This document shows, in pieces, positions 14,533-26,900 of a DNA stretch of 64,000 bases. The DNA lies in contig NC_086109.1 in the NCBI RefSeq assembly GCF_963921235.1, forward strand, positions 11,224,001 through 11,288,000, in the 5' to 3' direction. The notes under the pieces were generated by a model, which ran no database searches, was not told the DNA's origin, and saw nothing but the letters and a program-made list of their open reading frames with translations. This stretch comes from Mobula hypostoma. Taxonomy: Eukaryota. A program made the position numbers and the translations under genes. Every line of letters begins with the position of its first letter. Positions within the stretch are counted from its first letter, which is position 1.

Positions 14533-17500
14533 ACAGTTAAGGAGTTAGAGCTGGAACTGGATGCACTCTGGATCATTCGAGAGGGAGAGGGTGAGAGATA
14601 GAACATAGAGAGAGGTAGTTACACCCAAGGTGCAGGACACAGAAGACTGGGTGACAGTCAGGAAGTGGAAAGGGATTAAACAGCCTGTGCAGACTACATT
14701 TGTGACCATCTTCCACTTTGGATACTGTTGGGTGTGAAGGGGAGGGGATGACCTCGCAGAGGAAAGTCACAGCGATCAGATCTCGGGAACTGAGTCTGGC
14801 TCTGTAACTCAAAAGGTGAGGAAGAAGTGAGCTGTCATAATAAGAGTTTTCATTAGGGGAAACGAAAAGGAGATTCTGTGAAAAGAACAACAGTTCCAGA
14901 TGGTATATTTCCTTCCCAGTGTTAGTGTCCGGGACATCTTGGATCAAGTCCTTAGCATTCTTAAGTGGGAGGATAAGCACCAAGAGGCTGTGGTCCATGT
15001 AGGTATCAATGACATAGGTAGGAAGTGTGATGAGGTTCTGCAAAGTGAATTCAGGGAATCGGGTGCCAAGTTGGGTTGCTACCTATGCCACATGCTCGTG
15101 GGGCCAGAAATAGGAAGATCATACAGTTTAACAAGTGGCTAAGGAGTTGGTGTAGGAGAAGGCGTTAGGTTTCTGGATTATTGGGCTCTTTTCCAGGGGA
15201 GATGGGACCTGTACATGAGATAGTTTGCACCTGAACTGGAGGGCAACTAATAACCTAGCAGGAAGGGTTGCTAGTGCTGCACAGGGGGTTTAAACTAGAG
15301 TTGCAGGGGGGTGGGAACTGGGGCGCCAGAACAGCAAGTGAAGAGGTTGTGGAGATAGTTGTTAAGACCTCAGATGAAGTCGGGAATCAAAAGGTTGACC
15401 ATGGTGCGACTAATGTCCTGAGCTGCATGTATTTCAAAGCAAGTAGTATTGTAGGAAAGGCAGATGACCTCAGGGCATGGATCGACACATGGAATTATGA
15501 TCATGTAGCCATTAGCGAGACTTGGTTGCAGGAGGACTGGCAGCTCAATATTCAGAGGTTCCACTGTTTTAGTGGGAGGGATTAAAGGGGAGGGACGGTA
15601 TTACTAGTCAGGGAAAATGTCATAGCAGTGCTTGGTCAGGACAGACTGGAGAACTTGTCAGGTAAGGCTTTATGGGTGAAATAGAGGAATAAGAAAGGAA
15701 AAGGTATGACCATATTAATGGGTTATATTATAGTTCACCCATATGTCTGCAGGATTTAGAGGAACAAATTTGTAGAGAGATCACGAAGACACAAGGCGAT
15801 TATAGTAGGTAATTTGAACTTTTCACATATTGACCAGGACTCCAATACAAGATGGGATGGTGTTTGTCAGGAAAGTTTCCTATTATGGAACGAGACAGGG
15901 CATGTAATAGAAGTTTATGTAGGAGACCACTTTGCATCTAGTGATCATAATGCCATTAGTTTCAAAGTAAATATGGGGGGAAAAAGATGTGTCTGGTCTG
16001 TGGGTTGTGATTCTAAATTGGAGAAAGGCCAATTTTGATGGTATCAGCAAGGATCTGGCAAATGTAGATTGGGAGAGGCTGTTTTCTGACAAAAGTGTAC
16101 TTGGTAAGTGGGGGGGGGGGGCCTTCAAAAGTGAAATTGTGAATGTACAAAGTTTGAATGTACCTGTCAGAATAAAAAGGTAAGGATAACAGGTTTAGGG
16201 AGCCTTGGTTTTCAAAGATATTGAGGCCCTGATTAAGAAAAAAGAAGGTGGTGTGTACCAGATATAGGAAGCCAGAAACAAATGGGATACTTGAGTAGAA
16301 GAAATAGAAAAGAACACTTAAGAATTAAACCAGGAAAGCTAACAAAAGGCATGAGGTTGCCCTAGTAAACAAGGCAAAGGAGGATCCTAAGGGATTCTAC
16401 ACAATGTTAAGAGAAAAAGATTGCGAAAGACAAAATTTGGTGCTCTGAAAGATCAAAATGGTATTCTATGCATGTGGCTGAAAGAAATGGGGGAAGATCG
16501 CAAATGGGTTTTTTGCATCTGTATTTACTCGAGAGATGGATGTGGTCTATAGGAGTGAGGCAAAGAAGCAGCAAGCTCATGGACCTGATACAGATTGCAG
16601 AGGATGACTATTTTGCTAGACATGGACTGATTAGGGTTAGTCATGTCTGACCAAACTTAAGAGTTTTTGAGGAAGTTACCAGAAAAGTTGATGAAGACAA
16701 GGCAGTGGATGTTGCCTACATGGAGTTTAGCAAGGCATTTGCCAAGGTACCACATGGGAGGTTGGTCAAGAAGGTTCAGCTGCTTGGCATTCAAAATGAG
16801 GTGGTAAATTGGACCAGAAACTGGCTCCAAGGAGAAGAGTGGTTGCAGATGGTTGCCTCTCTAGCTGGAGGCTTGTGACTTGTGGTGTGCCACAGAGATC
16901 GATTGGTGTTCGGTCAGTTGTTTTTTGCCATCTATATCAACAATCTGGATGATAATGTGATCAACTGGATCAGCAAATTTCCCGATGACACCAAGATTAC
17001 AGGTGTGGTGGACAGTGAGGAAGACTATCAAAGCTTGCAGTAGGATATGGACCAACTGGAAAAATGGCAGATTGAATTTAATGCAGACAAGTGTAAGGTG
17101 TTGCACTTTGGGAGGACCAACCCGGGTAGATCTCACCCAGTAAATGGTGGGCACTGAGGAGTGAGGTAGAACAAAGAGATCTGGGAATACATGTCCAAAA
17201 TTCATTGAAAGTGGTGGTACAGCTAGGTAGCATCATAAAGAAAGCTTTTGGCATCATAACCTTCACAAATCAATGCATTGAGTATGGGAGATGAAGTTGT
17301 ACAAGACTTTGGTAAGGCCTAATTCAATTTTGGTCACCTACCCACAAGAAAGATGTAAAAAAGGTTGAAAGAGAACAGAGAAAATTAACAAGGATGTTGC
17401 CGGGACTGGTGGACCTGAGTTATAGAGGAAAGATTCAATAGGTTATCACTTTATTCCTAAGAATGTAGAAGATTGAGGGGAGAATTGATTGAGGTAAACA

Positions 17501-17608
17501 AAATTATGAGGGGTATAGATAGGGTAAATACAAGCAGGCTTTTTCCACTGAGGTTGGGTGGGACTACAGCTAGAGGTAATGGATCAGGAGTGAGGGGTGA
17601 AAAGTTTA

Positions 17609-18412
17609 GATAGATAGATAGATATACTTTATTAATCCCGAGGGAAATTTGGTTTCGTTACAGCCGCACCAACCAAGAATAGAGCATAAATATAGCAATA
17701 CAAAAACCACAAACAATCAAACAACAAAATGCAAACTATGCCAGATGGAAAATAAGTCCAGGACCAGTCTATTGGCTCAGGGTGTCTGACCCTCCACGGG
17801 AGGAGCTGCATGTTCGATGGCCACAGGCAGGAACGACCTCCCGTGCCGCCAAGTTTTGTCTCACGGTGGAATGTGGCCGAAGTCCAACAGTAAAAAGTTC
17901 AATATCCAGTCTGTAAACACATTCCTCGATCGTAATATACCCCGGATTGCACCATCCGTTGTTAACCAGATCAGTAAGCACCCAACTCCTTTACGCTTAC
18001 CACTCTCGGTGCACTTCCGGTCAGCCCGAATGGTATTACCCACCAAACTCCTCTTCTCCAAAAGTCTCTGTTGTCTCGACCTGATCCTCTTTCCTCAGCT
18101 TTGTGATCCCCCTGTGTGTTTTCCTCCGGATTTCAGCAGGGGTGTCCACCGCTCTGTTAGCTAAGCCGGTCCCTGGAATACACAATGCGACCTTGCTTCT
18201 GTCCCGCGTGTCAGGATGTAACCATTTCTAGTGTTAAGGAAAACCTAAATAAAACTCTCTCTACCAGCATGTTAGAGAGGGTGCAGCTTCGACATGTTAC
18301 CGTGAGAAAAAAAATACAAAAATAATGTAAATTAAAAAGTAAGAAGGAGAAAGTAAAAGAATAGTTTGGAACAGCTGTACCAGGCTGCATGCACGACCGG
18401 CGCATGTGCAGA
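17609..18412 (-). mobile_element. Rex1/Babar-derived non-autonomous retroelement inserted in the CR1 3' end; close copy at about 38880-39240 (+)
   Basis: (TCTA)n tail, 3' end shared with 14172-14532, and high similarity to the 38880-39240 copy. Confidence 0.65.
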
Positions 18413-19049
18413 ATTAAGGGGAACTTTTGGGGAAACTTTTTCACTCAGGGTTGAGAGGGTGTGGATGCAAGCTTGATTTCAATGTTTAAGAGAAGTTCAG
18501 GCAGGCACATGCATGGAAGGCCGTGTTCCAGGTGTGGGTCGATGGGAGTAGGTAGCCTAAAATCTTTCGACACTCTGTTGTATTTTTCTATGACTCTAAG
18601 TTTAGAAAGAAGGAACTTGCTTAGGAGAATAAATTCTTCCATTATTCTCAAAGAGCTTTACAGTCAAAGTACTGTGTAGTGTAATGTGACTGTTCTGCCA
18701 TTCAGGCAATTTATTTACATTAAGCACATTCAGCTTTTATTTTAACGAGCAGATTCGGATCTGTATTAGGTCACTTTCTGTGCAGCCAGGAAGTATAAAA
18801 GCACACTGGCTGGCAGGAGGCAGAGGTTTGTGTTAAGAGTGAAAGGAGCTTATCCAAAGCCACGCTGTTTCCCCAGCAGAAGCACTGCACTTTCCCTCCA
18901 TATTACCAATGTCATGCCGTTGAGTCTGCGATAAAACCATGGAGCTAGGACGCTCTACTTGGCTCTCATGTCATTTTTGAATGGAGTTTGGCTGACTGTC
19001 TAGCTGATATTACAACACCTCAGAAAAGACAGAGATCTGCTGGTGCTTC

Positions 19050-21150
19050 AACAACTATGGCTACAGGTAAAACGACCTTGCATCTAAAAACGGCATCAAG
19101 GATCAGAAACAAGGTATGCTTTGCATATCCACTTTTAAGAGTTTCTGTACATTAGCCTCATCTGCTAGGGCAGCAGCAGCAAGAGCCTGCGCCAAGGCAG
19201 AATCGGCAAAAGAATGTGCTTCATTTGCTGAGGAGGCAGCAAAGCCTATGATGGAAAAAAGCAGAACAATTAGGATAGGCAGGGTTTGCTATACCTGGAC
19301 ACTTCCCACTCTAGGTTCATGGAAGAAAATGGTGGCCATTTTCCTCCATGCAATTACTTCACCAGGGTCATCTGTGTAAGGGGTTTCTTCTTTTATGTTA
19401 CTGCTAAGGTGAAGAAAATGGCTTCTTTGTTATGTTAAAATAAAATGACTTCTCTGTGATGTTAACTGCTGAGACAGTGGTTTTCTCTCTAGCAGCTTGT
19501 TTTGGGTTATAATTACTGATAATGAGAATTGTATTCATTTGCTAACCATTTGGGATAGATGTTATTCTTTCTTGTGTGTCTGTAAACTATTGTTTTTGCG
19601 GGCTTTGGGGTAGAAGGTGCGATATGGGGACTGAGAGAGGAGACGTGATGCAGTAAGCTGGGCGACAGAACAGACCCTGAGCGGGTGTCCGAGGCCCAGG
19701 GTCTTCGGCGAGGAGAGGAGACAGGGACAGACTCGTGTGGAGTGTCTGGTTGACCACCATGGTTGGTCCCAGGCGGCGGGTCGAGGAGGTCAGAGGGGAT
19801 CGAATGGTGGAAAGAAGACTCCATTAATTGAGCTCCAACGGTTGTGCACGAAGTGGTTGAACTTTGTTAAGTTTGGCGCCTTTTACTTTTCCTTTTGTAT
19901 TGTATTTCTATTAATTACATAGTTCCAGTAAGATCTATAAATTGTATTCTGTAAATCGCATATGGTGTATTGTCTGTTATTTGGTGGGGTGGGGTACATC
20001 ACACAGCATCCACACAAACTCGATTACCCAGTTTGGCGGGGCTGAAGGCTGCTCCTCCCAGATGAAAGCGAGCTGAGCGAGCCTGAGGCTTACCAGGGAG
20101 CTACATCTGCTACAAGGCACACAAAGTTAGAATTAGAGGGTACCCACTTAAAACAGAGATGAGGAGAAATTTTTTTAGACAGAGGGTCGTGGATTCATGG
20201 AATTCGTTGCCACATACAGCTGTGGAGGCCCGATCATTGAGGGTATTTATGCAGGAGATTGATAGGTATCTAATTAGTCAGGGTATCAAGGGATATGGGG
20301 AAAAGCTGGAAATTGGAACTAGATGGGAGAATAGTTTAGCTCATGGTGGCGTGGTGGAGCAGACTCGATAGGCCAACTCCCTTGTCTTGTGATCTTGTGA
20401 ACCCCAGCTTCACTGTTCTGATGAGCAGTAGTGCACCCCAGAAATCAGACAGATCTACCTTCATGAATTGTGGTACCAAGAGCTCCATATCTGTCTGCAA
20501 GACGGAGATCTCTTCAACTGAGGACTTGCAAGAGGACTCTGTTTTAAAAAAAAGAGAGCAAGGGGCCCATTCATAACAAGCCACACCCGCCTTGGGAAAT
20601 GCAGGGGCTTTAGAGCAAAGACTCAATGAAAAAAGGCCTTTCTCAAAGAGAATGGAATTTGCTTTAATTGCTGTGGCTCAGTGACTCACTTGGCAAAGGA
20701 CTGTAAAGCTACTGTGAAGTGTGCCGGGTGTGATTGCACCCACACCCAGGTCTGGTACCTGAAGCCCTTGAAACTTCTATTTCTTCATCAGGCAATGGTG
20801 AGGAGGAAGAGGGAAACCGTCCTAACAAAGATGCACTGAGGTTTATGGTCCAGAGCAAGTCGCTAGGTCCTGCTCAAAGATCAGTCTTGTTAGATTATAA
20901 CTCTAAAGGCCAGAGTGAAAGAGCTGTTCGCATGTACGTCACTCGATGACCAAAGTGTCCGCTTATTGGCCAGGTCAGAGTCCTTTGCGCTGTTTGATGT
21001 TAAAAGCCACCCATCTTCATCGTTGCATTGGTATGAAGGAGGCATCTGGGAGGAAGGCAGAAGGTTTCCAGGTTGAATCACTCAATGGTAAGGTCAGTCT
21101 TTCTCTCCTGCCACTAACTGAGTGCAATGAGATACTCAATAATTGCTTTG
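19050..21150 (+). mobile_element. BEL/Pao-like LTR retrotransposon relic (gag-protease)
   Basis: ASSARAAAARACAKAESAK N-terminus, Cys/His knuckle ENGICFNCCGSVTHLAKDC, and protease-like YVTLDDQS and GRKAEGFQVESLNG...LTECNEI. Family assignment is by recollection. Confidence 0.6.
19375..20105. mobile_element. Solo LTR (Gypsy-like), 731 bp
   Basis: Begins TGTA and ends TACA, flanked by the 4-bp direct repeat TCTG (19371-19374, 20106-20109). Confidence 0.8.
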
Positions 21151-21289
21151 AAATACCAATGTATCTCAAGGTAGTATATGGTGACATACAAGTACTTTGA
21201 AAAAGGATCTAGTGCTTTCCTGGCATATATATGAATGAACTTTTCTCAGGCTTTTAGCTAGGTACAAATACTTCAATTAACCGTGCAAA

Positions 21290-22075
21290 AACTATTTTGG
21301 GCCCAGAGAGTCCCCACAAGGGAATAAGACGATTATGCACAGCATTCCTTCAAAATGGCCAGAAGGTGAAGGAAGTCAACCGGGGCCTTAAAAGGGCTGA
21401 CAGAAAAACTAGGAAGCCTAACAACGAGGAGGAACTCTTCATGACTGCCTGTCTTCCCTATATTTCCATGGTTTCTAAAAGGATCGCCAGGATCCTGAAG
21501 AAATACCGGATTAATACCATCCACAAACCTGTAACAAAGCTCAAATCAAATTATGCGGATCAAAGATGACTTGGGACTCAGGACAGCTAGCGTTTACAGG
21601 ACTCCCTCTGAATGCGGGGCAGCATATATCGGCTAGGTGGGGCGCATGGTGGAAACACGCATCAAGGAGTGGAAGAGGTGTATCCGCTTGGATTTCCCAG
21701 AGAAATCGGTGGTAGCAGAACATTGCATTCACAATGATCACAGGATTGACGTTGATGGCACAGAACTGTATTGCCATGCCAATGGCTTCTGGGACTGGCT
21801 GGTGAAGGAAACCATTGAAATAAAACTGGAGAAAAAGAATTTTAACAAAGACAAATGTCTCACTCTAAGTAAGAACTGCAATTCGATTGTAAACAAGGTG
21901 AGACAGCGTAAACCTGATTGGATGTGTTCTAACCAGTCAGGAGGGATGGACCATGGGAGTGTACATGCTCTAGACTAGACATGCCTAGGCAGTATTCCTG
22001 ATGAAAATGGTAGAGTTTGTCATCGAAACGCCTGTTAATATCGACACTTGTATCCAGTTGGATGCCCACGAAGAA
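21290..22075 (+). mobile_element. Penelope-like element of a second (Poseidon-type) family, 3' part
   Basis: LPYI motif, GIY-YIG remnant VYRTPSECGAAYIG, RIKE..AEH..ETIEIK..NFNKD, followed by a hammerhead-like motif. Confidence 0.8.
21992..22040 (+). ncRNA. Minimal hammerhead ribozyme motif (probably inactive; GUC to GCC)
   Basis: CTGATGA, stem II ATGGTAGA/TTTGTCAT, then GAAACGCC. Confidence 0.6.
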
Positions 22076-22834
22076 TCACTTTGTTAATAAATTTACTTTG
22101 AACTTTGAACAGTACAAAATCCACTTTATTGTTGCCACGTTTTTAAGAAAATAAAATGTATTTAAGTTTTGTAACTTCAAAACATTAAATTAATTCAAAA
22201 GAAGATTTGAGAGTCCAGGAATATGGGTGTAACTTTGTCTTTACTTTAAGCAGGACACCCACATATCATGTGGTAGTGTGAAAACACATGCAATTAATGT
22301 ACTTTTACATATAACCCATAATTAATTAAATGAACAAGCATGCTATATATTATACACATTACTAAAATACTATTGAAATATTAAGTACACATTTCTCCTC
22401 CTTGCTTAGCTATAAGCTCCAACTCAACAGGGAATGCATCTCAACTATATACACAGAATACTATGTAATACAACTACTATATAGACATCCACAGCATCGT
22501 AAACTTTAAATTGTCCTATTCAGGCCTAAAGATTTAATTGCTGTGGAGGCTTTCTTACTCTTCTGGGATAACGTCTTTCCTGACAAGGGGGATCACTCTA
22601 TTGGCACGTGAGTTGTGGCTGTGAAACTGTCTCAGTTTCTGGGGCCTCTTCCGTGGGGGTTGCAGGAGTTAACTCTGACACTGCAGGAAGTGGTTCTGAC
22701 AGCTCAGGACACCTTTCTTTCCCTTTTCTCTCTCTGGATCTACTTTGATCCCTTCCTTCTCTTTCACACCTTTCTCTTTCTTGTTCACATTCTTTCTCAC
22801 CATTTCTTCCTTCTACTCTTCTAGTTTTCTTGGG

Positions 22835-24470
22835 TTTTTTGACACTGATCATCAGAAAAAAACTCTTTTGTGTCAAACTGAAAACCAATCTCTGCAGAGT
22901 GATCTAAATTAATTACTTTATACTTTATTATCGCCAAACAACTGGTACTAGAACGTACAATCATTACAGCGATATTTGATTCTGCACTTCACACCCCCTG
23001 GATTACAAATATTAAATATCAAAAATAGTTAAAATTAGTAAATATTAAAAATTTAAATTATAAATCATAAATAGAAAAATGGGAAGTAAGGTAGTGCAAA
23101 AAACATATAAAACATGACATAATTGATTGTATAGCATTCATCCCCCTTTAAAATGACACCAAATCATCACTGGTGCAGCCAATTGGTTTTAGAAGTCACA
23201 TAATTAGTTCTGTTTTTGGAGACCTCTGTGCAGTCAAATTGTTTCAATATATTGTAGTAACAATACCCTTGTATCCGGAAAGTCCAACTGCTTGTGAGTC
23301 AGTATCCTTACAAGAACTGCACCATGAAGACAAAACAACACTCCAAGCAGCTCTGCGAAAAGGTTATTGAAAAGCACGAGTCAGGAGACGGATACAAGAA
23401 AATTTCCAAGTCAGTGAATATCTGTTGAAGTACAATTAAGTCAGTCATCAAAAAATGAAAAGACTACAGCACAGCTATAAATCTGTGCAGGCCGTCCTCA
23501 AAAATGGAGTGACCGTGCATAAAGGGGACCAGTGAGGGTGGCCACCGAGAGAGCTATGACAGAGTTACAAGCTTCAGTGGCTGAGGTGGGATAGACTGTG
23601 CATACAACAACTGCTATCCGGACGCCTCACCAGTCACAGCTTTACGGGAGAGTAGCAAATAAAAAGCCACTGATGGAAAAAAAACTCACATGAAACCTCA
23701 GTTGGAGTTTGTCAGAAGGCATGTGGGAAGCTCTGAGATCAGCTGGAAGAAGGTTCTATATTTTGATGAAACCAAAATTGAGCTTTTTGGCTATCAGACA
23801 CATAATCAAAAACACATCAATCCTGATCCATCATGCTGTGGGCTTGTTTCACTGCAGCGGGTCCTGGAAGGCTTGTGAAGGTGGGTGGTAAAACGAATGC
23901 AGCAAAATACAGGGAAATCCTGGAGAAAAACCTGATGCAGTCTGCAAAAGAACTGCAACTTGGGAGAAGATTTGCTTTCCAGCAAGACAATGACCCCAAG
24001 CATAAAGCCAAAGCTACACAGGAATAGCTTAAAATCAACAAAGTTAATGTCCTGGGGTGACCAAGTCAGAGTCCAGACCTCAATCCAGTTGAGAATTTGT
24101 GGCTGGACTTGAAAAGGGCTGTTCACTCATGATCCCATCCAGTCTGACAGTATTTGAGCAGTTTTGTAAAGAAAATTGGGAAAAAAATGCAGTGTCCAGA
24201 TACGGAAAGCTGATAGAGACCCATCCAGACCCAAGGCTATAATTGCTGCCAAAGGTGCATTTACTAAATACTGACTTGAAGAAGCTGAGTAATTATGCAA
24301 TCAATTATTTTGTGTTTAGTAGTTGTAATAAATTTAGATCAATTTGTCAAAATTTGTTTTCACTTTGACACAATAAAGTCTTTTCTGTTGATCAATGTCA
24401 AAAAAAGCCAAATTAAATCCACTGTGATTCAATGTTGCAAAACAATAAAACATGAAAACTTCCATGGGTG
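22835..24470 (+). mobile_element. Tc1 transposon, decayed DD34E transposase
   Basis: Inverted repeats at about 22835-22915 and 24325-24405; motifs GDGYKKISK, WKKVLYFDETKIELFG, FQQDNDPKH, SQSPDLNPVENLW with stops. Confidence 0.9.
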
Positions 24471-24502
24471 TTCACTACACCATGAAGACAAAACAACACT
24501 CC

Positions 24503-24955
24503 TATTAATCCTTCTTTTGTTCCTTTACGATCTGATCTCTCCTCTTGGTGTCATCATTCACAATATCATCTGACAAATCCTATTTTTGTATCTTCATTGA
24601 CTCCTTTCTTGTTGGCCTTCCATTCATCCAGATGGGCTTTGGTCTTTGCATCTCCTACTCAAAGTTCATGCAATAACCTTAATGCACACAAGTGTAGATT
24701 CTGGACCTTTATATTCACAAAAGCCAAATGCTTGAAACTTTCCTAAAGCTTCTTGAACTCTTTCCCAGCTTAAAACCAACCACACTTTGCAAGTAACTGC
24801 CTGATTAACATATCAGCTTTCTCAGATACATTGCCTATGAAAACCGTTGTAGTTGGACAATTGCTTTCCTCACTTGCACTCTTCCTCTGAGCAAAATGGT
24901 CCGTCCTTGTTCCAATATGCTTTCCAACCAGAGGCACAGATGTTGGCTCCAACAC
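24503..24955 (-). pseudogene. RBM25: Processed (intronless) RBM25 pseudogene fragment, RRM region
   Basis: PTTTVFIGNVSEKADMLIRQLLAKCG, VLSWERVQEALGKFQAFGFCEYKGPESTL, ALRLLHEL, DAKTKAHLDEWKA and TKRRDQIVKG are contiguous, with frameshifts and a stop. Confidence 0.9.
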
Positions 24956-26864
24956 CTGTTAGTCCTCTATTAAGCTACAGTTCATGGTGTTCAGCATGGA
25001 CACAGTTGTGGCATCATCCGTTACATTTCTTAATTTGCTTTCAGTTGACTTCATTGCAGAGATATGGTGTGCAAATAGTGTATGGATCAACAATCAAGTT
25101 GTAGTTGTCTCAGCCAATCACACCTCCACAATGCTGGTCCTCCTGTTTTTACCATATAAAAGCTCAATTGGGCTTGTTGAATTTCACTGTCACAGGAGGT
25201 ATCTTTTCTCCAGTATAAGCTTAGTTGGATACTTTATCTGCAGGCTTCAGCTCAGTATCTTTGAAATGACGTTCAAACTCATTTTGTGGAACTGAACCAT
25301 TGCCCAATTCCACTTTAATTAATTTGCCGTTCACATCTGGTGTAAGCTATATTTGCTTGTCTATCATTAGCTTTCACAATCTCAAAGTTCTGCAGTCCTG
25401 TATCACTTGTTTTCAGATTTTCCAGCCACAACATGCAGATTGGTGCTCTTTTTGAAACTGCAACTTAACGTCCTAGCTTTTATTCTTCCGAGAAGCACAT
25501 TTATTTTTTTGTCTGCCCAACATGGTCTTTGTACGCACCCTAGTTTTTTTTTGTATTTTCTGCAAGCTTCACTTTTAAATCTGCATTTGATTGCTGTACA
25601 TGAGCCCCTGCCAAAACGGTAACACAATTTGCTCGGCCAGGCCAGTTTCTTTTCAGACAATTATATTCACGCTCGGTTTCATTCCTGACTGCAACCAACT
25701 GCATCTCTGTGGTTTACATTGATACAGCGATTTCCGTTGCTCTTTTAAATGTAGGCTGTGCCTCAATTAGGAGCCATTTTTGAATGCTATCTTTTAAGAT
25801 CTGACAACTAAACAATCTTTCAGTGCATCATTAAGCCCATTATGGAACATACAATGCTCAATCTCTTCAATTCAGCCACATACGCTGAAATGGACTCCCC
25901 TTTCTGCTTATGAAACTTAAAGCACTCTTCAATCAGCAATGGCTTGGGTTTTAAGTATTCCTGCATTACTTTGATAAGATCAGGAAAGCTCATTTCTGCA
26001 GATTTGGTTGGAGCAAACTTCGTAGCAAATTCTATGACTTTAAACCCAATAAGCTCAGCAAAATTGTCATGGTGATTTAGGTCAGGGCTGACAACCCAGA
26101 ATGGTTTTAAAAAAAGGCAATTGCTGTCAATCTTTCCAATGTAGCCAGCCATATATGATTATTATCACCTGTTACTCACTTTTTATGAACCCTGAATTTT
26201 TCCGTTTACAGCCTTTAAACTCGACATCTCTCCACATCATAACGGGATCCCACCACCAAGCACATCTTTCCCGCGCCCCCCCCTCAACTTCTGCTTTCCA
26301 CAGGGATCACTCCCTATGAGACTCCATTGTTCATTCATCCCTCCCCACTGATCTCCCTACTGGCACTTATCCTTGCAAGTGGGACAAGTGCTACACCTGC
26401 CCTTACACCTCCTCCCTCACTACCATTCAGGGCCCTAACTAGTCCTTCCAGGTGAGGCACCACTTCACCTGTGAGTCTTCTGGGGTCACATAAGTGTGTT
26501 TGGTGCTCTCGGTGTGGCCTCCTGTATATTGGTGAGACCCAGCGTAGATTGGGAGACTGCCTCGCCGAGCACCTACACTCCACCTGCCAGAAAAAGTGGG
26601 ATCTCCCAGTGGCCACCCTTTTAAATCCACTTCCCATTCCCATCCCGATATGTCCATCCTTGGTCTCCTCCACTGGTGTGATGAGGGCACACTTAGGTTG
26701 GAGGAACAACACCTTGTATTCCGTTCGGGTAGCCTCCAACCTGATGGCATGAACATCAATTTCTCAAACTTGTGGTAAGGCCCTCCACCCAACTTCACCA
26801 TTTCTCACACACAAAAGTTGCTGGTGAACACAGCAGGCCAGGCAGCATCTCTAGGAAGAGGTAC

Positions 26865-26900
26865 AGTCGACGTTTTGGGCCGAGACCCTTCGTCAGGACT
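26865..26900 (-). ncRNA. Minimal hammerhead ribozyme motif with GAAA to AAAA change
   Basis: Reverse complement AGTC-CTGACGA-AGGGTCTCGGCCC-AAAACGTC-GACT. Confidence 0.65.

Larger units (their letters stand above)
14060..18600 (+). mobile_element. Decayed CR1 LINE (ORF1 esterase, endonuclease and RT remnants) with nested insertions
   Basis: VVHVGINDIG (CR1 ORF1 esterase), VAISETWL (endonuclease), ISKFPDDTK (RT); many stops and frameshifts. Confidence 0.85.

Noticed and set aside
24770..24955. Functional RBM25 exon
   Set aside because: The flanking RBM25 homology is contiguous without introns and has frameshifts, a deletion and a stop.
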